DNA of 64,000 bases, taken from contig OZ241352.1 of assembly GCA_965200165.1 (NCBI GenBank), positions 2,308,756 to 2,372,755 on the forward strand, given 5' to 3'. Origin of the DNA: Gemmatimonadota bacterium. Lineage in GTDB: Bacteria; Gemmatimonadota; Gemmatimonadetes; Palauibacterales; Palauibacteraceae. Below, piece by piece: positions 45,326 to 54,187 of this stretch; the stretch's first letter is position 1, and the number at the start of each line of letters is the position of its first letter. Under the pieces are notes generated by a model that saw nothing but the letters and a program-made list of their open reading frames with translations, was not told the origin of the DNA and did not search any database. A program made the position numbers and the translations under genes.

Positions 45326-46951
45326 GTGAGGGCCCGTAGCGAGTTTGACGTAGTAGTGATCGGAGGGGGGCCGGCGGGTTGCTCCGTGGCATCCTTCCTC
45401 GCCCGCCGAGGACACACCGTGGCACTTGCGACTCGCCCTGAGCCGCCCGCGCCATGGCTCGGGGAATCCATACCGCCGTCGGCCCGCAAGCTTCTCGCTA
45501 CGGGAGGCATGTTGGAAGTCATGGAGCGGGCGGGCTTCGTGCAAAACCTGGGGAACGTGGTGTGGTGGGCGGACACCTCCGGCCGCGAGGAAAGATTCCC
45601 AGCGGGGTCACACGGGTTCCATGTGCAGCGGCGGGAACTGGAAAGTTTGTTCCAGCGGTCGGTGCGGGCGGCTGGCGCGACGGTCCTGTCGGAGGGACCC
45701 GTAACGAGCGTTTCCCGTTCGAAAGGCGAGGACTGGTGTGTGAGCGCGGCCGGTGGAGTCGAATGGCGCGCCAACTGGGTGGTGGATGCCTCTGGGCGAG
45801 CGGGCGTGGTGGCTCGCAAGGGACTCCGGATAAACGAGACCGAACTGTCCACCCTTGCGCTGGCCGCCGAGTGGCGGGGAGGAGCGAGAGCACCTGGGTA
45901 CACTCTCGTCGAGAGTTACCGTGATGGCTGGGCCTGGTCGGTGCCGACATCCGCAAATACCCGTTGCGTTACAGTCATGTTCGATCCCCGACGTACCGGT
46001 GCAGCACGGGGGCAGTCGGGACTCATGGATCTGTGGCGGTCGGAGCTGGACAAGGCTGGCCGTCTGTCGGAGCTGCTCTCCGACGGCGCCGTAACGGGAC
46101 CCGCCCGTGTCTGCCCCGCCTCGGTTTACCGCGCTGTCCGGTATGCCGAACCCGGCCTACTCCTCGTAGGCGACGCCGGCTCCTTCCTCGATCCCCTGTC
46201 GTCGTACGGAGTGAAGAAGGCCCTGTCATCGGCGTGGTTGGCAGGAGTGGTGCTGAACACCCTTCTTTCGGAGGAGGAGATGACCTCTCCCGCCCTCGCG
46301 ACGTACCACCAAAAAGAAGAAGAGGTCGTGCGGACATGCGCACGCGAGGCGCTTTCCTTTTTGCGCCACGCAGCACGGGTCCACGGCGACGAGTTCTGGG
46401 TGTCCCGGTCGCGGGCCGCCGAAAAAGCAGGGGCACAGAGGGGCAGCAGCGAGGAGGCTCCAACGCTGACAGACTCGGAGGCTGAAGGGTTCCTGGCAGG
46501 GGAAGGTGTTCGTGCGGCATTCGAGGCCATGCGTACGACTGACCGGATCCACTTCAAAGCTGGACGAGGGGTAAGAACAGTTCAGCGACCGGTCGTCGTC
46601 GGGGACCGGATGCGTTTGGAATCACACCTGATAAGTGAGCGTTGTCCGCGGGCTACCCGGTTTGTGAGGGGAATTGACGTCCTCGAGGTTGTGGCTCGGG
46701 CGTCGAAGGTGTCGGGAGCCGACCGGGTGCCGGACATCTTCGAAAGCTGCCGGCGGGAGATGTATCGGCGAGACCATTCGATGAGCCTACCCGATTTCCT
46801 CGCCGTTCTTTCGTTTGCGGTGACTGCCGGCTTTCTGGAGATAAAGCCCGAAGGGGACGCCACAAATCACATATGGCGCCGTTTTGAGCAAGTGCTCACC
46901 TTAGATGTACCAAACGAACACCCAAGCGACCGCCCACAGGGGGATGGATGA
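45326..46951 (+). CDS. qhpG: FAD-dependent monooxygenase of the qhp cluster (QhpG-like; halogenase-like fold)
   Basis: GTG start. DVVVIGGGPAGCSVASFLARRG (GxGxxG), GWAWSVP (WxWx[IV]P-like), LLVGDAGSFLDPLSSYGVKKAL. ATGA overlap with qhpA. Assignment rests mainly on operon context. Confidence 0.7.
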   Translation: MRARSEFDVVVIGGGPAGCSVASFLARRGHTVALATRPEPPAPWLGESIPPSARKLLATGGMLEVMERAGFVQNLGNVVWWADTSGREERFPAGSHGFHVQRRELESLFQRSVRAAGATVLSEGPVTSVSRSKGEDWCVSAAGGVEWRANWVVDASGRAGVVARKGLRINETELSTLALAAEWRGGARAPGYTLVESYRDGWAWSVPTSANTRCVTVMFDPRRTGAARGQSGLMDLWRSELDKAGRLSELLSDGAVTGPARVCPASVYRAVRYAEPGLLLVGDAGSFLDPLSSYGVKKALSSAWLAGVVLNTLLSEEEMTSPALATYHQKEEEVVRTCAREALSFLRHAARVHGDEFWVSRSRAAEKAGAQRGSSEEAPTLTDSEAEGFLAGEGVRAAFEAMRTTDRIHFKAGRGVRTVQRPVVVGDRMRLESHLISERCPRATRFVRGIDVLEVVARASKVSGADRVPDIFESCRREMYRRDHSMSLPDFLAVLSFAVTAGFLEIKPEGDATNHIWRRFEQVLTLDVPNEHPSDRPQGDG

Positions 46952-48633
46952 TCCGACTTGCTGCCACCGCAGCCATTGCGCTAGTCGTTTCCGCCGTCTC
47001 CGCCGTCGTCTGCGAGGCTCAGGCTCCCCAGTCGGATGGCCCGTCTCGATCACCGGTCGCCGAAGCGGAAGACGTCGGGTTCCCGATCGAGAACCAGATC
47101 ATTGTACGGCGGTGTCAGAGGTGTCACGAGCGCGACGACGAAGGCCGTATGTCGCGGATCTCGTACGAGCGGAAGACCCCCGAGGGTTGGCAGACTTCGA
47201 TTCGTCGCATGTTGGCCCTCAACGGCGTGCAGCTTTCCCCAAACGAAGCCCGCGAGGCCGTGCGGTATTTGGCCAACTACCAGGGCCTCTCGCCCGAGGA
47301 GTTGGAACCGGGTCGATTCGAGGTCGAACGCCGGCTGATTGACCATGTTTACGAGGCCAACCGGGATGTGGAAAACACCTGTATCCAGTGTCACAGCATG
47401 GGCCGCGTGATCACGCAGCGTCGTACCAGGGAAGAGTGGGAGCTGCTTATGGCGACCCACCGAGGTCTATACCCGTTGGTCGATTTCCAAGCATTCCGCG
47501 GCGGCGGTGGTTTTGAGCCGATGGAGGAAGCGATCGATCACCTCTCGGAGGCATATCCGCTCCGGACCCCTGAGTGGTCGGCATGGTCGGCGTCGATGCG
47601 ACCACCACGACTGTCCGGGACCTGGGCGCTTTCGGGATTCGAACCGGGTAAGGGGCGCCTCTTCGGGAAGGTGGAGATTACCCCAGGTGGCGCCGCAGAC
47701 GAGTTCCGGACGACGGCTTCGTGGACGTGGGCCGAAACGGGCGAAACCGAGGACCGGGCGGGACAGGCGATCGTATACACAGGGTACCAGTGGAGGGGTC
47801 GCTCGAATTCGGAAGCGACCGACGCCATGCGCGAGGTGATGGTGGTCGACCGGAGCTGGCGCACAATGACCGGGCGCTGGTTTGCCGGTGCGTACGATGA
47901 GTTTGGGCCCGACGTGACCCTTACCCGGATGGAGGCGGAGGGTGCCGTGACAGCGGTTCATCCCCAGGCCCTCCTGCGGGGCCAGCAGCACGAGGTTTCG
48001 GTGTATGGGGTCAACATGCCGGCTGCGGGAGCGCCGACCGAGTTTGACTTTGGTCCGGGGGTCAGCGTGGAGTCGGTGGTGTCGGCCGGCGACTCGGAGG
48101 TGCGACTAACACTTGACGTCGCCGCGGACGCCGCCGTGGGGTCTCGGGATCTCTTTGCGGGCACCACCTTTGTGGAGGGTGCGGTCAGCGTACACGATGG
48201 CGTAGATCGCATCGAAGTCCTACCGGAGGCCGGGATGGCACGCGTCGGCGGAGCGAACTTCCCGAAGGGGTACCAGGCATACGACGCGATCGGATGGGAT
48301 GACGGTGCCGACGGAGAGGCGGGCACGGAAGATGACGTAAGGCTGGGCCGGGTCCCCGTCACCTGGAGCCTAGAGGAGTACACGGCCACCTTCGACGACA
48401 ACGACCTAGCATATGTGGGTACCCTGTCTGCAGAGGGGACCTTTGAACCGGCAGCGGACGGACCCAACCCCGAACGTGATGGTATGCGCAATAACGTCGG
48501 AGATGTGTGGGTGGTAGCCACGTACGACGGCGGGGAAGAACCGCTACGCGCACGTGCTCACCTGATCGTCACTGTGCCGCTGTACCTGAGGTGGGAACCG
48601 TGGCGCGGCTTCCCCACGGAGCTGGTTCCATGA
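46948..48633 (+). CDS. qhpA: quinohemoprotein amine dehydrogenase alpha subunit (di-haem cytochrome c)
   Basis: Sec signal MIRLAATAAIALVVSAVSAVVCEAQA. Two CXXCH motifs: CQRCH at 47113..47127 and CIQCH at 47380..47394. ~400 aa of beta-rich domains follow. Operon context. Confidence 0.85.
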   Translation: MIRLAATAAIALVVSAVSAVVCEAQAPQSDGPSRSPVAEAEDVGFPIENQIIVRRCQRCHERDDEGRMSRISYERKTPEGWQTSIRRMLALNGVQLSPNEAREAVRYLANYQGLSPEELEPGRFEVERRLIDHVYEANRDVENTCIQCHSMGRVITQRRTREEWELLMATHRGLYPLVDFQAFRGGGGFEPMEEAIDHLSEAYPLRTPEWSAWSASMRPPRLSGTWALSGFEPGKGRLFGKVEITPGGAADEFRTTASWTWAETGETEDRAGQAIVYTGYQWRGRSNSEATDAMREVMVVDRSWRTMTGRWFAGAYDEFGPDVTLTRMEAEGAVTAVHPQALLRGQQHEVSVYGVNMPAAGAPTEFDFGPGVSVESVVSAGDSEVRLTLDVAADAAVGSRDLFAGTTFVEGAVSVHDGVDRIEVLPEAGMARVGGANFPKGYQAYDAIGWDDGADGEAGTEDDVRLGRVPVTWSLEEYTATFDDNDLAYVGTLSAEGTFEPAADGPNPERDGMRNNVGDVWVVATYDGGEEPLRARAHLIVTVPLYLRWEPWRGFPTELVP

Positions 48634-50117
48634 GCTCCTCGGCTCCCATCCCGCACGAGCACCCCACCGGGATGGCGGGCGTGGTCCCCGACTCCAGGCT
48701 CTGCCGTCGCGAATTCCATTCTTTTGAAGCCGGCGATCAGCGTTTCATCTATCTCGTTCCATCAGCGGGGATCTTCCGACTCGGTCCGGAGGCTGCGGCG
48801 ATCTTGGACATCCTCGCCTACGGTCCTCGCACCCCCGGTGAAATCATCGATTTCCTTCGCGAACGATTCTCCTCCGAAGCGGTGTGGAGGGGTATGGGGG
48901 AGCTCCGGAACATCAGGGCTATTGGGGACTTCGGGGTGCCCGTGGAAAGTGTGGCAAACGATCTCCCTCCCGAGGGGTTCCCGCTCACCACGATGGTCCT
49001 CAACGTCACCAACAAATGCAATCTCGCCTGCACCTACTGCTACGAATATGGAGAGGACAAGATCGTCGACCCGACCTGCACCGACGATCCGAAGTTCATG
49101 TCCGACTCGACGGCGCGCGATGGAGTCGAGTTCCTATTCCGGGAATCCGGCCCGGTGGAAGTCGTCCACCTCACCTTCTTTGGTGGGGAGACACTGCTCA
49201 ATTTCAACGTTCTCCAAGAAACCGTGGCGTACGCCAGGAGTCGCGCAGAGGAAGTTGGAAAACGAATCGAGTTCAGCCTCACGACGAACGCAACCTTGCT
49301 GAAGCCCGCCATAATCGAATGGCTCGCTGAGAATGAGATAGGGGTCACGGTGTCGATTGACGGTCCCAAGGAGATGCAGGACCGCATGCGCGTCTTCCAC
49401 AGCGGAAAAGGGTCCTACGAAGTGGTTCAACCACGTATCAAGGAGCTCTTGCGTCGTCATAAGACAAGGCCGATCGGGGCACGGGTCACCCTCACCCGGG
49501 AGAACATCGACATTCCCCGCATTTATCGACATCTGGTGGATGAGATGGGTTTTTGGGAAGTTGGTTTCGCGCCGGTAACGACGGCTTCCGGACGCGATTA
49601 CGAGATCGAACACGAGGGATACACCCGGATGTTGAGGCAGTTCGAGGAGCTGGCTAATGAATGGCTTGAGGCTGCCGTCGAAAACCGCCACCACGGATTT
49701 TCAAACGTCAAAGACACCCTGGAAGAGATCCACAAGGGGGTGAGCAAGGCCTATCCGTGCGGAGCGGGATTGGGTCTCATGGGTGTAACTACCGGGGGCG
49801 ACGTGTCCCTCTGTCACCGCTTCGCCTACTCCGACGACCACTCGTTTGGGACCGTGGCCGAGGGCATCGATCGGGATCGACAGCGGGACTTTCTTGAGGC
49901 CCACCATGTTAGCAAGAAACCCGAATGTCATGTTTGCTGGGCCCGCCCCATCTGTTCGGGGGGGTGTTACCACGAGGCGCATACGAGATACGGAGAGACG
50001 ACAGCCCCCAATTTGCACTTTTGCAACTGGGTACGGAGCTGGACGCATACGTGTTTGGAGGTCTACGGAGAGTTGTCACAGCGTAATCCCGGGTACTTGG
50101 CTCGGTTCGACCATTGA
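48630..50117 (+). CDS. qhpD: radical SAM / SPASM-domain peptide-modifying enzyme (QhpD, thioether-forming)
   Basis: ORF 48507..50117 with start moved to ATG 48630 (ATGA overlap with the qhpA stop). CNLACTYC at 49017..49040. C-terminal auxiliary-cluster cysteines CGAGLG..LCHRF..CHVCWARPICSGGCYHEAH. Confidence 0.9.
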   Translation: MSSSAPIPHEHPTGMAGVVPDSRLCRREFHSFEAGDQRFIYLVPSAGIFRLGPEAAAILDILAYGPRTPGEIIDFLRERFSSEAVWRGMGELRNIRAIGDFGVPVESVANDLPPEGFPLTTMVLNVTNKCNLACTYCYEYGEDKIVDPTCTDDPKFMSDSTARDGVEFLFRESGPVEVVHLTFFGGETLLNFNVLQETVAYARSRAEEVGKRIEFSLTTNATLLKPAIIEWLAENEIGVTVSIDGPKEMQDRMRVFHSGKGSYEVVQPRIKELLRRHKTRPIGARVTLTRENIDIPRIYRHLVDEMGFWEVGFAPVTTASGRDYEIEHEGYTRMLRQFEELANEWLEAAVENRHHGFSNVKDTLEEIHKGVSKAYPCGAGLGLMGVTTGGDVSLCHRFAYSDDHSFGTVAEGIDRDRQRDFLEAHHVSKKPECHVCWARPICSGGCYHEAHTRYGETTAPNLHFCNWVRSWTHTCLEVYGELSQRNPGYLARFDH

Positions 50118-50152
50118 CCCGGGGTCGCTCGCCGGCGACCTGCGGCTGGAAC

Positions 50153-50160
50153 AAAGGAGG
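50153..50160 (+). promoter_or_regulatory. Shine-Dalgarno sequence for qhpC
   Basis: AAAGGAGG, 8 nt upstream of TTG 50169. It is the strongest SD I saw in the cluster. Confidence 0.6.
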
Positions 50161-50168
50161 ATGACGCA

Positions 50169-50549
50169 TTGCATCACGTAAAGGGAATCAACCAGAAGGC
50201 GGGTCGCATTGAGGCCCAGCTCGAGATGGAAGCGGAGCGGGATTTGTCCCCTGAGGATGTCGATGTGACGGGTTCGAATGACGTCGTGGGCTTGGAAAGT
50301 CGGCCGCCGGAGGACGGACCACACTTTCCGCTCGGGTGCTCATTGGTATTTGCGCCGGGGTGGGAGGTGGACTCCAGCGGGGGTACCGCGGGTCTCTGCC
50401 AGCCGGTGGAACGCGATCTCTTCGACTGTCATCTCGCCTGCTTCTGGCCTGCTCACGTTCCAGACCAGCTCAATCACTCACCGGACTGGACGGCCAAGTG
50501 CGCAGCAGCTCAGAAGGATTGGCGAAAACTGGATCTCGTTTTTCCGTGA
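50169..50549 (+). CDS. qhpC: quinohemoprotein amine dehydrogenase gamma subunit precursor (CTQ- and thioether-bearing peptide)
   Basis: Core GCSLVFAPGWEVDSSGGTAGLCQPVERDLFDCHLACFWPAHVPDQ..DWRKLDLVFP. C57, E66, C77, D83, C87, C91, W93 (TGG 50445..50447) and D99 reproduce the spacing of Cys7/Glu16, Cys27/Asp33, Cys37, Cys41, Trp43 and Asp49 of the Paracoccus gamma subunit. Start is TTG 50169 (strong SD) or ATG 50226. Confidence 0.9.
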   Translation: MHHVKGINQKAGRIEAQLEMEAERDLSPEDVDVTGSNDVVGLESRPPEDGPHFPLGCSLVFAPGWEVDSSGGTAGLCQPVERDLFDCHLACFWPAHVPDQLNHSPDWTAKCAAAQKDWRKLDLVFP

Positions 50550-51688
50550 TAACGGCTCCTGTTCGATCCGCTTTCCGCCGGCTTTTCTTCGTCGCCACCC
50601 TCTTCCTTCTCGTCCTTGACGGGTGGGGTTCCTCCGTGGAAGCCCAGACAGCTTCCGAGGCGCGGGGGGGAGAGCAACGCACCGCGCACTGGTACATGGG
50701 CACCTACAGCAACGAAGTGCTGGTGTGGGACGAGGCGACCGAGGAGGTGGTGGATCGAGTCCCCGTGAAGCATGCGATCCCAACGCGGATCAGCGTGTCG
50801 AAGGATCGGTCTCGGCTTTTTGTCCTTGATGCCTTCTTCGAGACGATGGAGATCGTGGCGCTCGATTCCAAGGAATCTCTCGGTGAGTTTACACTGAGCG
50901 AGGGCGATACGCGCCGCTGGATCGCGGAGTACAGAGTACATCCGTCCAACACTTGGATGGCGATGACAGTCCGTTCACGAACCCGGCTAGCCGATCGTTA
51001 CCGGATTGATGAGCCCGTGCTCCTCGCGTACGACCTGGAGTCCTACAGCGTAAGGGATACAATCCCGTGGCCGGACGACGACGCCGACCAGATCGGTGCG
51101 TTCCGTTTTTCGCCCGATGGCGAGACCCTCTACATGTTTGCGGACGATCTGGTGGCGGTGGACTCCGAAACGTACGAAGAGCTCGACCGATGGGAGATTT
51201 CAGAGCCATTCGAGCCGGGCCTGGGCCGGATGTCGCTGCCATTTGCGCAGAGTCCATACCAGGAGGCCGAGGGGGTGTACACAGGACTCTTCCGAATGCG
51301 GGATCCGGTACAGAACCGCAACCTGATGGGCGTGGCGACCGTGGACATGGCTGCGCAGAACGTGGATTTCCGTCCCATTGGACCCTCCGACGGGGTCACC
51401 TTCTCGCTTTCGCCGGATGGAACGAAGGGGTATGGACTCAAATCCCAGATCGGGTCGTACGAGTTGTGGAAGTTCGATCTGGATGCGGGGAGGGTGGATG
51501 CGCGGATCCCCTTTGCCGGCCGTCCTCGCATGGCGCTGATGCCGAGTGCGAATGGTGAGTACCTCTACATCTATAACGCTGGGAACACCATCGATATCTA
51601 CGACGAGGAGAACTTTGAGTATCTCCGTACGGTTGAATTCGACGCGGACATGACGCGGGTAGTCGTAGTCCCCGATCCGGGGAGGTGA
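50546..51688 (+). CDS. qhpB: quinohemoprotein amine dehydrogenase beta subunit (7-bladed beta-propeller)
   Basis: ORF 50336..51688 with start moved to GTG 50546 (GTGA overlap with the qhpC stop). This gives signal peptide VITAPVRSAFRRLFFVATLFLLVLDGWGSSVEAQ. YVTN-like blades (LFVLDAFFETMEIVALDS, FRFSPDGETLYMFADDLVAVDSET, YLYIYNAGNTIDIYDEENFE). Confidence 0.8.
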   Translation: MITAPVRSAFRRLFFVATLFLLVLDGWGSSVEAQTASEARGGEQRTAHWYMGTYSNEVLVWDEATEEVVDRVPVKHAIPTRISVSKDRSRLFVLDAFFETMEIVALDSKESLGEFTLSEGDTRRWIAEYRVHPSNTWMAMTVRSRTRLADRYRIDEPVLLAYDLESYSVRDTIPWPDDDADQIGAFRFSPDGETLYMFADDLVAVDSETYEELDRWEISEPFEPGLGRMSLPFAQSPYQEAEGVYTGLFRMRDPVQNRNLMGVATVDMAAQNVDFRPIGPSDGVTFSLSPDGTKGYGLKSQIGSYELWKFDLDAGRVDARIPFAGRPRMALMPSANGEYLYIYNAGNTIDIYDEENFEYLRTVEFDADMTRVVVVPDPGR

Positions 51689-53457
51689 CGGGCCGGGAGA
51701 GCCCCTTCCGAGACCCGCATCTGAGGCGGGCCCTCGCATACATTCGGCCCCGTGCCGGGTCCCTGGTTCCGGTTGTCCTACTCTCCCTGACTGGGACTGG
51801 CCTGGGTTTGGTACTTCCCTGGCTTTCCAAAGTGATGGTGGACGACGCCATCCTGGCAGGTGATTTCCCCCTTCTCGCAACCACGGTGGGTTGGTTCGTG
51901 GTGATCACGGTCGGGATTTTCGTCACCAATGTGCTCAGCGGCATGCGGTATACGCGGGTGTCGGCCGAAATCCTGTTTGACATGCGGCTGACTCTGTACC
52001 GGCACCTCCAGTTGCTGTCGCCGCGCTTTTACGCCGGCCGTCCCCTCGGGGACATAGTCTCTCGGATCAACAATGACATTGGCGAGGTTCAGCGCGTAAC
52101 GAGCGATGCGCTCCTTGCCAGTTTCGGGCACGTGTTATTCCTGGCCGGAACGGTGGGCATGCTGGCGTGGCTGGATCCAGTGCTTTTTGCCGTGGGGTGC
52201 GTGGCTCTGCCTCCTAGCCTGTGGGCCTTGATTCGGTACCGTCGACAGCTGGAGGGACGCGTGCGGACCCTTCGGGAGCGCAGCGCCGAGATAGGGAACT
52301 TCCTGATCGAGACGATTCAGGGGATGAGATTGGTGGTTGCGAGCAACGCTCAGGAGCGGGAAGTCGCGCGCTTCGGCCGGCACAACGCACACTTTGTGAA
52401 GGCGCTACTGTCGATGCGTTTATTCACGTATCTGGCGGGTGGGTTGCCGGGTTTGTTGCTGCAAACCGGGACGGCGGCCGTCTTCCTGTACGGTGGGTAC
52501 AGGGTCATCGGCGGCCAGATGACGCTGGGGACCTTCGTGGCGTTCATGGCTTACCAGATGCGTCTCCTGTCTCCGGTGCAGGGACTGATGGGTTTGTATG
52601 CGAACCTCGCCAGTGCCCGAGCCTCTCTCGTCCGGGTGCATGAACTGCTCGACACCCCTCCCGATGTGGCAGACGCGCCGGGAGCCGAGCGCTTGGTGGC
52701 TCCAGCCGGAAGGATTGCCTTGGAGGGAGTTGGACTCGACTTTGGGCGGGGAGGACCGGTACTCGACGGAGTGGATCTCCAGGTCGAACCCGGGGAGGTG
52801 GTCGCCCTCGTGGGGCCCAGCGGAAGCGGCAAATCGACGATAGCGGATCTCTTGCAACGGCATCTGGATCCAGACCACGGGAGGTTGCTGCTCAACGGCG
52901 TGGACCTGCGTCGGATTGCGTTGGCAGACGTGCGGCGGCATGTGATGGTTGTGAATCGGACGCCTTACTTGTTGCACTCTTCGATCCAGGACAACGTGCT
53001 CTATGCTCGTCCTGAGGCTTCCACCGAGGAGGTGGAGGAGGCGCTGCGCGCCGCCGATCTCGGGGATTTGATAGACGCGCTGCCGGAGAAGGTGGACACC
53101 GTGGTCGGTGAACGGGGTCGGCAATTGTCGGCTGGGGAACGCCAGCGGCTGGCCGTGGCGCGGGCGCTAGTCGCGGATACGGCGGTGTTGGTGCTGGATG
53201 AGGGGACAGGAGCGTTGGATCCCGCTTCCGAAGGCCGCGTGCTTGCCAGTTACGCCAAACTGATGAGGGGACGGACCACGATCATCATCACTCACAGAGA
53301 GGAACTGGCGCGGCGGGCCCATCGGGTGATGGTCTTGGATCAGGGGCGAATCGTGCAGGAAGGTCGTCCAGAAGCGTTGGCGAACGAGCCGGGTCCGTAC
53401 CGTGCTCTGTTTGCAGGAAGCCTTGATGGCGGGTTGCAGTCGAACGGGCGCGGCTAA
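51685..53457 (+). CDS. qhpF: ABC exporter, fused permease/ATPase (QhpF-like)
   Basis: GTGA overlap with qhpB. Six-TM exporter domain. Walker A GPSGSGKST, signature LSAGERQRL, Walker B VLVLDEGT. Confidence 0.85.
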   Translation: MTGRESPFRDPHLRRALAYIRPRAGSLVPVVLLSLTGTGLGLVLPWLSKVMVDDAILAGDFPLLATTVGWFVVITVGIFVTNVLSGMRYTRVSAEILFDMRLTLYRHLQLLSPRFYAGRPLGDIVSRINNDIGEVQRVTSDALLASFGHVLFLAGTVGMLAWLDPVLFAVGCVALPPSLWALIRYRRQLEGRVRTLRERSAEIGNFLIETIQGMRLVVASNAQEREVARFGRHNAHFVKALLSMRLFTYLAGGLPGLLLQTGTAAVFLYGGYRVIGGQMTLGTFVAFMAYQMRLLSPVQGLMGLYANLASARASLVRVHELLDTPPDVADAPGAERLVAPAGRIALEGVGLDFGRGGPVLDGVDLQVEPGEVVALVGPSGSGKSTIADLLQRHLDPDHGRLLLNGVDLRRIALADVRRHVMVVNRTPYLLHSSIQDNVLYARPEASTEEVEEALRAADLGDLIDALPEKVDTVVGERGRQLSAGERQRLAVARALVADTAVLVLDEGTGALDPASEGRVLASYAKLMRGRTTIIITHREELARRAHRVMVLDQGRIVQEGRPEALANEPGPYRALFAGSLDGGLQSNGRG

Positions 53458-53464
53458 CCCGAGC

Positions 53465-54187
53465 GTGGCCGGCCGCATCACCATCGCCGTAATCGACAGT
53501 GGGGTGCATCCGAAGCACCCTCACATCGGCCCGATGGGGAAGGGTTTCTCGCTTGTGTCGAGTCAGGGTGGCGAGGCGGATACGGTGGATCGGCTCGGAC
53601 ATGGCACTGCAGTGATGGCAGCGATACAGGAGAAGGCACCGGCGGCGCGCCTCTTCCCGGTTCGGGTGTTCGGCGAGACCCTGAAGACGGACGGAGATAC
53701 GCTGGCCAAGGCGTTGGAGAGGGCCTCACGCCAGGGGTGTGATTTGGCGAACCTCAGCCTGGGGACGCGGAACGCGGAGCGGGAAACCCTCTTGGGTCAA
53801 ACTGTGGAACGAGCCCTACAGCGGGGAACGTTGGTGGTCGCCGCCTTTGAGGATGCGGGAGTGCGGTGGCTGCCAGGGAGCCTTCCAGGGGTCCTTGGCG
53901 TGGGCGCCGATCCCAGTCTGCCACGACATGAGTTGCGGGTCGAGCAAGATTCGGGCCGGAGGGTGCTGTTCGCTTCGCCCTATCCTCGACCTATTCCGGG
54001 GGTGCCTCCCGAACGAAACCTGAACGGCATCAGCTTTGCCGTGGCCAACGCGACAGGGCTGTTGGCCCTCATCCTGGAGAACGACCTTTCTTTGAGGACT
54101 CCAGAGGAAGTGCTGGACGCCGCCTCAAACCCGATACCCCACACCAAGCCCGATACCCCGAGACACCAAGGGAGGGTAGTTCCATGA
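53465..54187 (+). CDS. qhpE: small subtilisin-like serine protease (QhpE-like leader peptidase)
   Basis: ORF 53402..54187. GTG 53465 is the first start after the qhpF stop; ATG 53426 would overlap it by 32 nt. Triad candidates are D in IAVIDSGV, H in LGHGTAVMA, S in NGISFAVANATG. Only ~240 aa. Confidence 0.75.
   Translation: MAGRITIAVIDSGVHPKHPHIGPMGKGFSLVSSQGGEADTVDRLGHGTAVMAAIQEKAPAARLFPVRVFGETLKTDGDTLAKALERASRQGCDLANLSLGTRNAERETLLGQTVERALQRGTLVVAAFEDAGVRWLPGSLPGVLGVGADPSLPRHELRVEQDSGRRVLFASPYPRPIPGVPPERNLNGISFAVANATGLLALILENDLSLRTPEEVLDAASNPIPHTKPDTPRHQGRVVP

Noticed and set aside
45326-46951. Flavin-dependent tryptophan halogenase (WxWxIP-like GWAWSVP motif)
   Set aside because: The operon context (ATGA-coupled to qhpA, cluster with qhpC and qhpD) fits QhpG-type Trp hydroxylation. 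I cannot verify the halogenase catalytic Lys/Glu by eye.
48507-48629. N-terminal extension of the qhpD ORF (start 48507) overlapping qhpA
   Set aside because: The Arg-rich, non-protein-like 41 aa lie inside the qhpA coding region. ATG 48630 forms an ATGA junction with the qhpA stop.
50161-50181. ATG-initiated 6-codon mini-ORF (MTHCIT) immediately after the strong SD
   Set aside because: The ATG directly abuts GGAGG (zero spacing). TTG 50169, in the qhpC frame, has the proper 8-nt spacing.
50336-50545. Long N-terminal extension of the qhpB ORF overlapping qhpC (start 50336)
   Set aside because: It overlaps the conserved qhpC core in another frame. GTG 50546 gives a clean signal peptide and a GTGA junction.
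48630-54187. Radical-SAM/SPASM enzyme, small Cys-rich peptide, subtilase and ABC exporter looked like a novel RiPP (sactipeptide/ranthipeptide-like) biosynthetic cluster
   Set aside because: The peptide core matches the QhpC gamma subunit residue-for-residue at all cross-link positions. It is flanked by a di-haem protein and a propeller (QhpA and QhpB). This is enzyme-subunit maturation of QHNDH, not a secreted natural product.
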